Shown one piece after another: positions 14,512-26,030 of a DNA stretch of 64,000 nucleotides. The notes under the pieces were generated by a model. The model was given only the letters and a program-made list of their open reading frames with translations, was not told where the DNA came from and made no database searches. The translations under genes and the position numbers were made by a program. The first letter of the stretch is position 1, and each line of letters begins with the position of its first letter. The stretch is taken from NCBI RefSeq assembly GCF_021028975.2, contig NC_059430.1:50468001-50532000 (forward strand), given 5' to 3'. The DNA is from Sphaerodactylus townsendi. Its lineage: Eukaryota.

Positions 14512-15808
14512 GGTCCATTCTGTACAGCACAAATCAGACATCTTGAGGACCTGAAAAAAGGCATATTGGAAGGAAATTCCACATAACTTTCTTCTCAAGA
14601 CATCCTTGGGACATCTTATTTCAGCTCAAGGAGTCTTTTTTTCCCCGGAAAATGCTTTGAAGCGCACTTTTTCCCTTAAGGAGTTTGCAAGATGTTCCCT
14701 GCCTGGCTGTGTGGAATACATACCTCAGGAGGCATCTTATTGTTCTCACCCTACCATTTGCTCTCGGGTCAGGTTCACTCTCTGCTTGTGCCTGACATTT
14801 TGTGTACTTGCAAAAGGATTCTCCCTGTCTCCTTTGCTGAAGTTTTACCCTAAGAACATAAGAAAGAGCCTGCTGGATCAGACCAGAGTCCATCTAGTCC
14901 AGCACTCTGCTACTCACAGTGGCCCACCAGATATCTTTGGGAGCTCACATGCAGGATGTGAAAGCAATGGCCTTCTACTGCCGCTGCTCCCGTTTGTGCC
15001 CGACATTTTGTGTGCTGGTGAAGGGATACTCCATTTACTGATACTCTATTTACTGAAGGTTGCCCCAGGACATTTGCTCTGCAGGCTCCAATCCAGGATG
15101 CCTTTTCAGCTTGAAAAGTACATTGTTGTACTCAGCTCATCCTGGTGATTCTGGCAATATATAGTTTTCATATTTTTGTTTTTATTTTCAAAGAGCTATA
15201 TTTGTAGCTAACACACACAAGAGAATCTTAGCCACTCAGAGAATTACTTTACTTCCCATTGAGAAGTATTGGGTAGACCTGCTCTTTGCAGACCATCTTA
15301 ATTTTTTTTACTGCACAGAAAAACTAAAACAGTCCATGTATGCAAGTCTCCTTAATGCATCTCAGTGGAAGGTAAAGCAGTCCTCTGAATGGCTAAGATT
15401 CTCTTATGCATGTCTGTTTAGCTACAAAAAAACAGCTCCTCATTTTTTAAAGGAAAACGGTATATTGCCAGAATCAGCACGACAAACTGAGTACAACTAT
15501 GGGCTTTGGGGGTGAAAAAGGCACCCAGCCTCAGAGCCTGCAGAGCAAATGTCCTGGGGCAACCTTCAGTAAATGGAGTATCCCTTCACCAGTACACAAA
15601 ATGTGGGGCACAAACAGACCAGAGAATGAAAAGATTGGGTGAGGAAAAAACTCTTTACACTGATGCCTTTGCTGTCTAGAACCAAACCAACAGTCACTTC
15701 TTTTTAAGATGTCCCCTGGATGTTGTTTTTTTTTTTGGTGTGCAGAGTGAAAAGAAGTAGTATTATTTTTAACACATCCCACAGACATATTTCTGTGTGG
15801 AATGGACT
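14512..15808. mobile_element. Second copy of the long-arm MITE, with a CR1 3' fragment inserted at ~14853-14990
   Basis: Homologous to 12046-13424. Termini GGTCCATTCTGTACAG / CTGTGTGGAATGGACT. Confidence 0.7.
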
Positions 15809-16804
15809 GTTGTCTTCCTTTAAAAAAATGGAAGTTGAAAAAATGTAGATATTTGTGATCTGTAACCAAGCTCCTTATCCCTTCCTCACTTTATTTCATA
15901 ATTCATGACATTTAGATTTGTTGAAGAGTATTAATTTGTAGCTGTGGGGTGAATAGATATACATTTACAAAAAAATGCCCCGTTAATAAAGAAATTTTGA
16001 AAATTCAAAATGACAAGGTTGTCACAGTAACTTTAACTTAATTAATGCATGGGTTGAGGTAGAGTAGAGGAGGCAGCTTGTCACAAAACAGTGAATGAAG
16101 TCAGTGGAGAGTTCTTAATAGCTTAGAAATTTGGGAGAAAATTCCTTCTTAAACTATTCAGCTGAAGTCTTGATCTCTTTTTCAAATTAAGTTGCTGGGT
16201 TGGTGAGTATTTACATATCTGCCATGTGTCTCTCATACGTTATTTCTTGTGGTCAATTTATAGAAAAAATCAAATCATTATCTGTCCATCTCCCTGCCAT
16301 CCAGCAGATACATTATAAAAACCTTCTGACCATAATGATGAAAGAGAGAGGAAAAATATACCTACATGGGTGGTTTCAAAAAAGCTATTAACAAGACACA
16401 TGAGGTTTCTCATTTGCATTGCTGCATTTAAAATAAAGAATATCCTTGTAAACACTGTGTTTCAGGGGGGATGGGTAGTAACTGTCTGTAGGAATTCTTC
16501 TGTTTCTTCTCACAGGTGCTTATCTTTGTGTGTGGCCTCTGAAGGCCAAGTGCTCCCTGTTCTCATAACTGTTGTAACTGCTAGTTCAGGGGTGTGGAGG
16601 GAGTGTGAATTATACTGTGGAAAGTTTGATTTGGGAATCAGAACTTTCCTTGCTGTGGTTCCTGATTCATCTTATGTCTTCAATAAAGAGATCTTTGTTT
16701 CAAACAAGTCTACTTATTGAATGGTCAAGTGAGTCTTGCACTCAACTTGGTATGAGGCATGTGGTTTGTTTTCATGTGATATTTTGTATCTGGTGGTGCA
16801 GTAG

Positions 16805-16990
16805 GACCAGTGTGATATAGTGGTTAAGAGTGTCAGACTCATATCTGGAAGAACAGGTTCAAATTCCCACTTGGGCCATGGATGACTTTGGACCAGTCAC
16901 ACTCTCTCAGACTTCCCTACCTTACAAGAGTGAAGTGAGGATAAAATGGGGGAGAGGAGAACTATGTAAGCCATTTTGGAAAAATAAATA
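16805..16990 (+). mobile_element. Older tRNA-derived SINE
   Basis: TAGTGGTTAAGAGTG...GGTTCAAATTCC A/B boxes. Confidence 0.65.
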
Positions 16991-18892
16991 GAGACAGAAA
17001 GAAATATGTCTGGGCACCTATGGTAGCTTTCAGCACTCTTGCTTGAGAAAATGACATCAAAAATTGCTGGCTGCCAGGGACTGGTGCTGAAATATGGGAC
17101 TAACTAAGGCTAAAGCAAGGACCACCATGCTCCATCCCTTTACCACCCCCTGCCTGCCACTTAATAAATAACACTGCAAGTTGCTAGAAATGGTCTGTTT
17201 ATCCAGGTGCATGTAAAATTCTGCTGTTCCAGGTTTCTGCCTGATGTTAAGGCAAAGATACACTATGTTTCTTTGTATGCACCTGGATAAACAGGAGTGA
17301 GTGAAATTGACAAGTGAATTTACTTTTGCAGGAGAAAATTGACAAGAGACTCCCACAGTAATAATTGTGTGTTACTACAGCTCTAATTTGTCAAAAAAGT
17401 GGGATTTTTTGGGGGGAGATACATGTTTCGGTTCCTTCAGGTAAAGACATCTGTTCCGGTAGGTTTTTTAAATTTGTTTTGCTTCCATTGTGTGTGGTAG
17501 TTCTCAATGATAGAAATGGAAGCTGAGAAATTTTTTGATTTGCTGCTTTAATGTAACAGCACAGTAACACTAGAGTGTCTATGCAAAAGAAAAAAGGGGG
17601 AAGGTTGTTCTTTTGCATCAAGAATGACATCCCATCACCATTAGAAGTAATACAATTTCAGCAATGGTATGTGGAATAAATGCAATGGAAAGGGCAAAGG
17701 GAAAAACAATGAGGGGAACAGAGGTGCACAGAATGATTTCACAGAAAACTTTTCCAATACAAATAGTTTGACTTCTGGGAAAATCTGTGATATGCTGTGC
17801 ATGTGGCAAAGGTCTCTGTCCCTTAGGAATTACAATCTTGAGGTGTTAGCTGGTAAATCTTTTTTTCTCACTCTTACCAGAGCCATTTGCATCTCTAAGG
17901 CCGTTTCCGCACGGGCAATCAATGACGTCGTGGAAACGGGAAAAGAAACGTCAGAACGAGAGCGTTCGCACGCGCAGCGACGGAGGTGCGCTGTTGCGCC
18001 ATCGCGAATACGCTTACCCGGCGCGAGGACACCGTATCCAAAAAATGCTTCGAAGCGCTCCTTTTCCATATGTGACGCACCGAAGCCGCAGTCGTGCGAA
18101 CCGGCGCCACGGAGGCGTTCTCAAACATGGCGCCTGCCAAATGATCTCCCGCAGTAGCGGCGGCCATATTGGGAAGGATGAACTGCTCCAGCGGCCATGA
18201 TGGTGAGGTCAGCAGCCACACTTTGACAGAGCTCCTCTTCAAGTGGCGTTGAGAGTCACGCATCCGCGCAGCTGTGAAGCTACATGATTGCACAGCTACA
18301 CAACCTCGAGTCTGAAGGGCGGCGAGGCGCCCCCTGGGCAGACAACGCTGCTGCCTTGATTCAGATCATGCATAACAGGACGCAAAGGTGGAGCCATGGT
18401 CTAAGACACTTCCCCTGTGCCCAATGGGGAGGGGGGAAAGTGTCTGTCCATCCCATTGTCACTTGAGGGCTTCCTGCCATTGGCCAGGAAGTTTGGAAAA
18501 ACTACCCAGCAGACTCTATTGCAGACGCACATCAGACACCACAGCATCAGGTGGATTTGGCTGGTGGCTCTGTGTGTTTGCCCACCCCAACAATGCCCAA
18601 TGAAAGGGCACCTGCCGAGCGGCAGCCAGGAAGAGGAGTCGCTTGGAGAGACAGGGAGACCCGTGACCTTTTGGAATTATGGGGGGAACCGCAAGTGCAG
18701 CGTTCTCTCGCTACGAGCCAACGCAACATAGATGTCTTTCAGCGGATAGCCCAGCAGATGACAGCTCGGGGCCACCGCCGGACAGCCATTGAGTGCCGCA
18801 CAAAAACAAAAGCCATGCGGTATGAATTCAAGCGTGTGCAGCAGCATAACCGAGGGACAGGCAATGAGAGAGCCACCTGTCCCTACTTTGAT

Positions 18893-19174
18893 GAGCTGCA
18901 GCGTATACTGAGAGTGGATGTGAGCATTCAGCCTGGACGAGTGGCAAGAACCTACACCCTGCCAGCCCCACAGAGGGGCAGAGGGGCAGCACGTTGCCAC
19001 ACCAGCACCACAGTACAGGAGGACAATTCAGAGGAGCTGCAGCGTATACTGAGAGTGGATGTGAGTGTTCAGCCTGGACGAGTGGCAAGAACCTACACCC
19101 TGCCAGCCCCACAGAGGGGCAGAGGGGCAGCACGTTGCCACACCAGCACCACAGTACAGGAGGACAATTCAGAG
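18893..19174 (+). repeat. 141-bp in-frame tandem duplication (47 aa) in Myb1 exon 1
   Basis: GAGCTGCAGCGTATACTG starts at 18893 and 19034. The two copies are nearly identical (ELQRILRVDVS[I/V]QPGR...EDNSE). Confidence 0.95.
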
Positions 19175-20309
19175 GAGGCACCCTCAGCTGCTGCAGGCAC
19201 CCCAGCACCCAGCAGCCCTGCAGACTCAGGTGAGAGAGGAGGTTCTGCCCTCCACCTTGTTAAACACAAACTGGCATCCCGGAATGGCTGCCTACCCCTC
19301 CCTCCCTGTGAATGCATGAACCATGGGAACCAGAAGCCACACTGAGTTCTACTGACTGCTGCTCCCCCGCAGCACAGCTGGCCCAGCTGATAAGTGCAAG
19401 TATGTGCAGGGCAACAGGGAGGAATGGGGCACGTCAGGGTCACTGCCAAGGCCACTGGCATGCTGCCAGCCTCTGCCTCACAGAGGTGTGGTGCTCCTTC
19501 CATCCAGCAACCCCCCTTAATGAAAGTCACTTACTGTGTCCCACAGACATAACTGCCACCCAAGAGACAGACCCTTGTGAAGGACCATCCACACGGCCAC
19601 CCTCAGTTGCCTCAGGTAAGTGGCCACCCCACCTGGCCGTAGCTGCAGAGGGGAGAAGGGCTTCCTGTGTGTGCCTCATAGAAGTACAAGGGGCTGAAAT
19701 GCACTTTGTCCCTCTCTCTGACAGGAGCCGCATCAGAGTCACCCACCCAGGGGGAGGATGAAGACCAGGAGGGGGAGGAGCAACAGAGAGATGAGGAGGG
19801 AGATGGTGGTTATGGGGAAAGGCCACTCAGACAGCCCCCGCAGCGAGGTAAATCTCCACAGATGTCTGTATGGGTGGGTCCAGGGAAAGGGGGGGAGATG
19901 CAACCAACAGCCCTCCATTTCTCATCAACAGTCGGTCCTAGACGACAGCAATCGGAATCACCACCTCCAAGGGAAGAATCCCCAGAGAGACGACTGGTCC
20001 CACAGCCTCCGAAGGGGTGCTGTCATGGCAGAGATAGGCCGTCAGTTGCTAGAGCACTGTGCAGCTGACGCAGACAACCAGCGGCTGGCTCAGGAAGCAG
20101 AGCAGGAGTGGCGGCAGGACATTTCTGACCAGATGCAGCTGGATCGTGAGACTTTCCTCCTCACAGCAGCCCGCACCCATCGGGCTTTCCTCCGCACAGC
20201 AGCCCGCACCCACGAGCTCATGGCTGAGCGGACAGAAGTCCTAAGGAGAATGACAGACCTCAGCCTTCAGCAGCAAGGTGCCCGTGTGTGTGGGCGTTGC
20301 CAAGCAGCA

Positions 20310-21800
20310 CTGGCCCCCCTTCACCTGAGCTCCTCAGCAGCAGCCAGCTCCCGCAGCTAATGACACCCCCATCCCCTGTGCGAGGCAGATGTACTCAGAG
20401 GAGGGGACCAGCTGGGCCCACTTGCAGCCCAGTGGCCACCCACAGCCAGCTCATGGAGCCAAGCCACAGCCACCTCCTGGAGGCAGCTTGCCCACCTTCC
20501 CCTGAGCTCCTTGAGTGCAGCGAGCCCCTGGAGCCACCCACTCCCCCACCCCTTGTGCGAGGCAAGCGAGGCCAGAGGAGGGGGGCGGCTGGATCCACTT
20601 CTGCCACAGTGCTCACCCACAGCCAGCTGAAGGAGCTTGCTCGACCCCCTTCCCCTGAGCTCCTCACTTGCAGCCAGCCCCTGGAGCAGGCTGCTCCTGC
20701 ACCCCCTGTTCAAGGCAAGCGAGGCCCCAGGAGGGGGGCAGCTGGACCCACTGCTGCCACAGTGCTCACCCACAGCCAGCTGAAGGAGCTGGCTCAGCCC
20801 CCTTCCGCTGAGCTCTTCACTTGCAGCAAGCCCCCGGAGCAGGCTGCTCCTGCACCCCCTGTTCGAGGCAAGCGAGGCCAGAGGAGGGGGGTGGCTGGAC
20901 CCACTTCTGCTGCAGCACTCACCCGCAGCCAGCTGAAGGAGCCTGCTCGACCCCCTTCCCCTGAGCTCTTCACTTGCAGCCAACCCCTGGAGCTGGCTGC
21001 TCCTGCACCCCCCCGTTCGAGGCAAGCGAGGCCCCAGGAGGGGACCAGCTGGGAAGGCTTCATCCACTCTGGTTACCCACAGCCAGATGGAGGAGGATGC
21101 TCGGGCCCCTTCCCTGGTGCTCTTTCAGTTGGCAGCCAGCCCTGAGCTACTGCCTGCACCCCCCCGTTCGAGGCAAGCGAGGCCCCAGGAGGGGACCAGC
21201 TGGGAAGGCTTCATCCACTCTGGTTACCCACAGCCAGATGGAGGAGGATGCTCGGGCCCCTTCCCCTGCGCTCTTCAGTTGCAGCCAGCCCCTGGAGCTG
21301 GCTGCTCCCGCACCCCCCGTTCGAGGCAAGCGAGGCCAGAGGAGGGGACCAGCTGGGAGGGCTTCATCCACTCTGGTTACCCACAGCCAGATGGAGGAGG
21401 ATGCTTGGGCCCCTTCCCCTGAGCTCCTCATTTGCAGCCAGGCCCTGGAGCTGGCTGCTCCCGCACCCCCCCTGCGAGGCAGGGTGGGCCAGCGGGGGGG
21501 GTCCACCAAGAAGCCTTCATGCACTCTGGTCACCCACAGACAGCTGCAGGAGACATCTCGGCCACCTTCTCCTGAGCTCCACACCTGCAGCTTGTTCCTA
21601 GACCTCAAGTAACACCCTCCCCCCATGCAGCGGCATGGTATGCTCAGAGAGGGGAATCAGCTAGCCCAGCTCCCTCCTTGCTGCCCACCCACAGCCAGCT
21701 GCAGGAGCCAGCCCAGCCCCCGTCCCCTGTCCTAGTTACCAGCAGCCAGCTCCTGAAGGCAGCCACGGCCCCTCCCCCAGTGCGGCATCGGCGTAGCCAG
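20310..21800 (+). repeat. ~153-bp minisatellite encoding a 51-aa Pro/Ser/Arg-rich repeat
   Basis: The GGCAAGCGAGGCC-type motif recurs near 20558, 20711, 20864, 21018, 21169, 21322 and 21475. Unit peptide is about PPVRGKRGQRRGAAGSTSATVLTHSQLKELARPPSPELLTCSQPLEQAAPA. Confidence 0.93.
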
Positions 21801-22045
21801 TCCCATGAGGTGGTTGGTGCTGCTACCCAGCTGCCCCAGGTGACAGGGAAACCAAAGGAGGAATGGGCCCGCTCCCCACCCACCAAGCGAGCCCGGAGCA
21901 CCCCACCACTTGCAAGGGGCGGTGTACGTGGCAAGGCTGGCCACCAGGGCAGCCAGGGCAAAGGACAGGGTGATGGGACAACAATGTGAGGGAGGGGGTG
22001 GTTGTGGTGGTGGTCAGATAATCCCTGTGAGGGCACATAACTTGA

Positions 22046-22051
22046 AATAAA
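22046..22051 (+). terminator. Putative polyadenylation signal of Myb1
   Basis: AATAAA about 57 nt after the last stop, followed by a GT/T-rich tract. Confidence 0.55.
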
Positions 22052-22698
22052 GTTACCTGAAAGAACCCCACCCTTGCTACTGTGGTTTCTGTTCTGCTAC
22101 AATGTGAGTGGAAGTGGGGCTTGTGAGTGGGTGCAGGGGCTGGTGAAGGGCAGGGACATTCTGATCAAAGGGGGGGCAGATTGGTGGCCCTTACATCAGT
22201 TGCTGCTCCTTTATGTGACTTTGGCCCATTTTTCCCTTGACAGATGGAAAATTGGCAATGAATCTGTGTTGTGCCAGGCAGGTCAGGTGTCAGCGAGGTC
22301 AGTGTTAAGCTTGGCCCTGCACCATTGTGACTGGGTCAGCATGCAAGGGAGGGGAGGGAGGGAGAGTCCCCACCCCCCCAAGGAGCTCCATGGAATCTCT
22401 GCACCATGCACAAGTGGGGCAGCTGTCTTGCTACTTGAGGGAAGGCTGGCCAAGCAGTGTAGCGAGGTCAAGGGAGAACTCCTGTAAGGAAGCGATCGTG
22501 GTGTGGTGGCAGTAGCAGTGGCATCCCTGGTGGCAGTAGTGATCCCAGATGGAAAAGGTGTTCATGCGATTCCCACCCTGCCTAGTGTGTGTTTGCACCC
22601 CCCCTGACTGGATGTGGAGATCATGTGAACCGAGCACTGGGGGCTGGTGGGTGCTGCAGTGACACAAAGATGAGCCTATTGTGAATGATTGAATAACT

Positions 22699-23175
22699 TT
22701 TATTAAGTGAAAACATTATCAACACAGGAAACTGCCACAGCATGCCCCAGACCCTCCCCACGAGGCTCCACAGCAGACTCCCCTGCCCATAGCAGCAAAT
22801 TCCCTCAACTCCCAACAACAAGCCCTACACCCTCCTACTCCTGGACTCCATTAAACAAATCCCCTCCGCTCTCCAACGCACAAAGTGCTGCAGACCCTTT
22901 CCACCCCCCCCCACAAACATCATGGACTCCCCACGAATGCCTCCCCCCCCCAACAAGGCCCTTGTGGCCACAGTGCCATTAGGGGCCAACTAACCTGGCT
23001 ATCTCAAAGATGCCGCATAAAACCCCTCTTTAGTCCCAATTGGTACCCCTCGCCCAGCTACTTGCGTGTTTCCTCTGAGCTGGGCGGGCAGACCTGTGGC
23101 AGGTGTGGGGGCAGCCACCCCACTCAGGTGCTCTTGTAGGGACACCCTGGGCACCGAGGATGGTGGACTCACAGC
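22699..23175 (-). pseudogene. Remnant 3' end (last-exon tail, 3'UTR, AATAAA) of a Myb2 paralog
   Basis: 23060-23170 aligns by eye with 30102-30210 (GGGCAGACCTG..CAGGTG.GGGGCAG..CACCCCACT). Peptide SPPSS...GLP is shared. AATAAA on - at 22699-22704. Confidence 0.7.
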
Positions 23176-23743
23176 CATGGTGCCTTGCCGCTCCCAGCTC
23201 CATCCAGGGGGGGGGGGATTTCCCCATTCATGTTCAAAAGCTCCAGCCACGCCTTTGCACATTGTGTTTTCCAACCGTTTTAATACTCCTATTTGGTTCT
23301 GCTTGGCCTGCAGGGGGTTTTACGAAGTACTGGCTTGAAACAGCACTAAACTTTCAGGTATTGGTCGGGGAAGTCTCCTGATGTTCCCACCCAGGTTTTG
23401 TGTGGCTTGGTCCAGGGGGGGTCCAATGGCATGCACTCTCAGTAAGGGTGCCCCCCATCCCCATTGTTGCCACTGGGGAGCTGTGAAGATGGTGCAACAC
23501 CTTTGCTTGGATCCATACATTTGGACCCCCCTGACCTGAACGATCACCAAACCTGGGTAGTATCATCAGGAGAGTCCCCCAATCAGTGCTCTGCTGAAAA
23601 GTTTGATGCTGCTTAGGGGTTAACCAGTGCACCCCTGACAGCAGCCACCCCTAATTTTTTCCATCGTTCTCCTTTTCAGATCCACTCCCTCCCTTTGTGG
23701 CATGGATTTACAGGGATAATCTGAGGTCCTAAATTTAGAATAT

Positions 23744-24010
23744 GAGGAAGAGTGTGGATCTATATCCCCCCCTTTCTCTACTGTAGGAGGCTCACAGGGG
23801 CTTACAATCTCCTTGCCCTTCCCCCCTCACAGCAAACACCCTCTGTGGTGGGTGGGGCTGAGAGAGCTCCGAAAAGCAGTGACTAGCCCAAGGTCACCCA
23901 GCTGGCGTTTGTGGGAGTTCACAGGCTTATCTGATTCCCCCAGCTGAGCCTACACAGCTCAAGAGGCAGAGCACAGAATCCAGGCAGGGTCCTGCAGATT
24001 AGAGTGCTCC
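23744..24010 (-). mobile_element. SINE inside the Harbinger (related diverged copies at ~26412-26620, ~26890-27065, ~31095-31300, ~33273-33480)
   Basis: CCAAGGTCACCCAGCTGGC and other blocks shared with 53805-54050. Confidence 0.8.
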
Positions 24011-24405
24011 TTCAGGGTGGGGGACGATCAACCCCCAAACAGCATTAATTTCACTGTTGTAAGTAAGGACCCCAGATTCTCCCTGTAAGGTAGACCTAGT
24101 TTAAAAAACCTTTGAAAGTGATGCTGTTTGGGGGTGGATTCCTGCATCACAGCTGCTGTCCCAGGGGATGGGGGGTGGGGGTGGGGGCCCAAAAATCAGC
24201 TTCTGCATCATGCTCCATTTCCCCTCCATGCCTTGGTCCAGAGGAGAGGGGCAGGGGAGGGCAGGGCAGGGGAGCTCCCATAGGCCATTCTGTAGGACTT
24301 GCATGCTATGCAGCAGGAACAGATCAGGCCGAGCCACTGGCACTCATGGCCCAGCCGCCACCCTCCCCCTATGGCACCGTGGCCGAGCTCTGAATAGATA
24401 CCCAG

Positions 24406-25813
24406 CTAGGGCCTCTCTGACAGCCTGCCCCTCTCGCCTGTGCGTATCATCCTGGGGGTTGTATGGGCGGCCAATGGAGGGATCTGCTGCTTCTTCCTGC
24501 TGGTGTGCTTCTTCTTCGCTAGAATTGGAGCGACCTGCTCATTGGGGAGATCTGGAGCTCTGTGGCCATGGCTCTCACACAGGTTGTGCAGCACCACGCA
24601 CGCCGCCATTACCCGAGGTGGCATTCTCGGTCTGACCCACAGACAGTTGAGAATGCATCTCCACCGCGCCTTCAGGCGGCCAAATCCATCAGCCTCCACC
24701 ACGCTTTGGCGCGGGGACAGATGTGAGTTGAAGTTTCGCTGCTGCGTTGGAAGGAACCCGGTAAGGTGTGAGCAGCCACGGCGCTGGGGAAAGCACCATC
24801 CTCAATACCACAGGGGGGTATGGACACGCCGCTGATTGTCAGCATGGGGTTTCAGGCAAGTAGATGCCCATGTCCATGGCTTGACAGAAGCAGTTCTAGA
24901 TGAAACACAAATGCATCATTGTTGCGAGCAGAGTAGCCAGTTTCAGCATTGATAAACATTCCGCGAGGTTGCCAGCAGGAGCTTGGAGGAAAAGTTTTTC
25001 GACACGATTAATGAGGCTGACCGGTGCTCCACCTGGGTTACAGATCCGATGACAGCCATCCACGGCCCCGATGCAGTGGGAAAGCCAAGGGCAGCAAAAC
25101 TAGCCATCACCTGTAGGGAAACAGACATTGGCACATAGGTTGGGGAGGTTGGCAGTACAGGGAGGGGGGATCTGCAGCTGCTGTTTAGTTGTAGTGGCAT
25201 AAGCATGTACAGCTCTGTCAGCACTTCCACAGCCATGGCAAACTCCAGGACACAGTGGCCAGTCCAACTCCAAACTGTTGGCCCACTTCACGATAGCTGT
25301 TGGCACTTGCTAGGTACCACAAGGCCATGGCCACGCGCTTTAGCATGGGAATGGCAGGACGCATATTGGTGTCTTGTCGTTCCAAGTGTGGACGCAGGAC
25401 ATCTGCGAGGTAAATGGCTGTTGCCTTGGCCATCCTGAAGTTTTGCACCCACTCCTCATCTGTCCAGACTGTCATTACAAGCACATTTAATTATGCCATT
25501 AAAGGTTTATATATATATATACAAGCACATCCCACCAGGTGTGGCTCTGGGGACCTATCCAATGGCGGGGGGTGTTGGGAACACTTGCGATAGCAAACCA
25601 GCGCAATATTGCGCGCCTACGGGGCCTGCGGTGCACTGTGGTGTCAGATTGAGTCACTAGCCCTTCGGTAAGATGGCGGCGTAGCCTCCCCACCAGACGT
25701 CGCATCAGCTGGCCTCTGCGTGCCATGAAGGTGTCTGTGGTTGAGGCGCCCTGCTCCTGCTCATCGTGCAGTACTTCCTGCCGCACCACCTCTCCCAGAT
25801 CCATGTCTGCCAT
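24406..25813 (-). pseudogene. Harbinger transposase (DDE_Tnp_4, HARBI1-like), disrupted
   Basis: Motifs reconstructed across frameshifts: WWDVLVMTVWTDEEWVQNFRM, RVAMALWYLASANSYREVGQQFGVG, GFPHCIGAVDGCH, GYSARNNDAFVF, DGAFP..WLLTPY, VVE..FGRLKARWRC and ACVVLHNLCE. Intron acceptor (ctacag) at 25111-25112. Confidence 0.92.
25476..25530 (+). mobile_element. Ultra-short 5'-truncated LINE 3' tail inserted in the transposase
   Basis: 11-bp TSD TACAAGCACAT (25476-25486 and 25520-25530) around TTAATTATGCCATTAAAGGTT(TA)n. The same TATGCCATTAAAGGTT ends the LINE near 60745. Confidence 0.85.
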
Positions 25814-25938
25814 GCAGACAGCAGCTAGCCGTATGGTTCCCTGGTTCCACTGAACACCTGAGCACGGAATGGAAACTGGTGGGAGGCGGCCAGACTACAG
25901 ATTGGGGGACGGACGAGCCCTCAGAATAGTTGCCTTGG

Positions 25939-26030
25939 CCAATCGTTCTGCTTGATGTCTGTGACATCAGTCTGCCACAACTTTGTGAGTGTTTAGCCCG
26001 GACAGGGCGGAGCAACATGCAGCATCCGCA
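25939..26030 (-). promoter_or_regulatory. Putative transposase promoter module, copy 1 (CpG-decayed)
   Basis: CCAAT at 25939 and TGACATC at 25962, upstream of the transposase ATG at 25813. Confidence 0.5.

Larger units (their letters stand above)
18593..21989 (+). pseudogene. Harbinger Myb/SANT-like (trihelix, Myb_DNA-bind_4/MSANTD-type) gene 1 (Myb1), spliced, frameshifted
   Basis: MPNERAPAERQPGRGVAWRDRETRDLLELWGE...RTAIECRTKTKAMR...CPYFDELQRIL. GT-AG exons 18593-19229, 19547-19615, 19725-19847 and 19932 onward; all introns are phase 1. Exon 3 is acidic and exon 4 is coiled-coil-like (frameshift near 19998). Probably continues through the repeat array to TGA at 21987-21989, with AATAAA at 22046. 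Confidence 0.85.

Noticed and set aside
20310-21800. CRISPR-like array
   Set aside because: Units are homologous along their whole length with no unique spacers, and the context is eukaryotic.
18593-25813. Domesticated HARBI1, NAIF1 or MSANTD host genes
   Set aside because: The genes lie within TIRs, are disrupted, and do not read as those orthologues.
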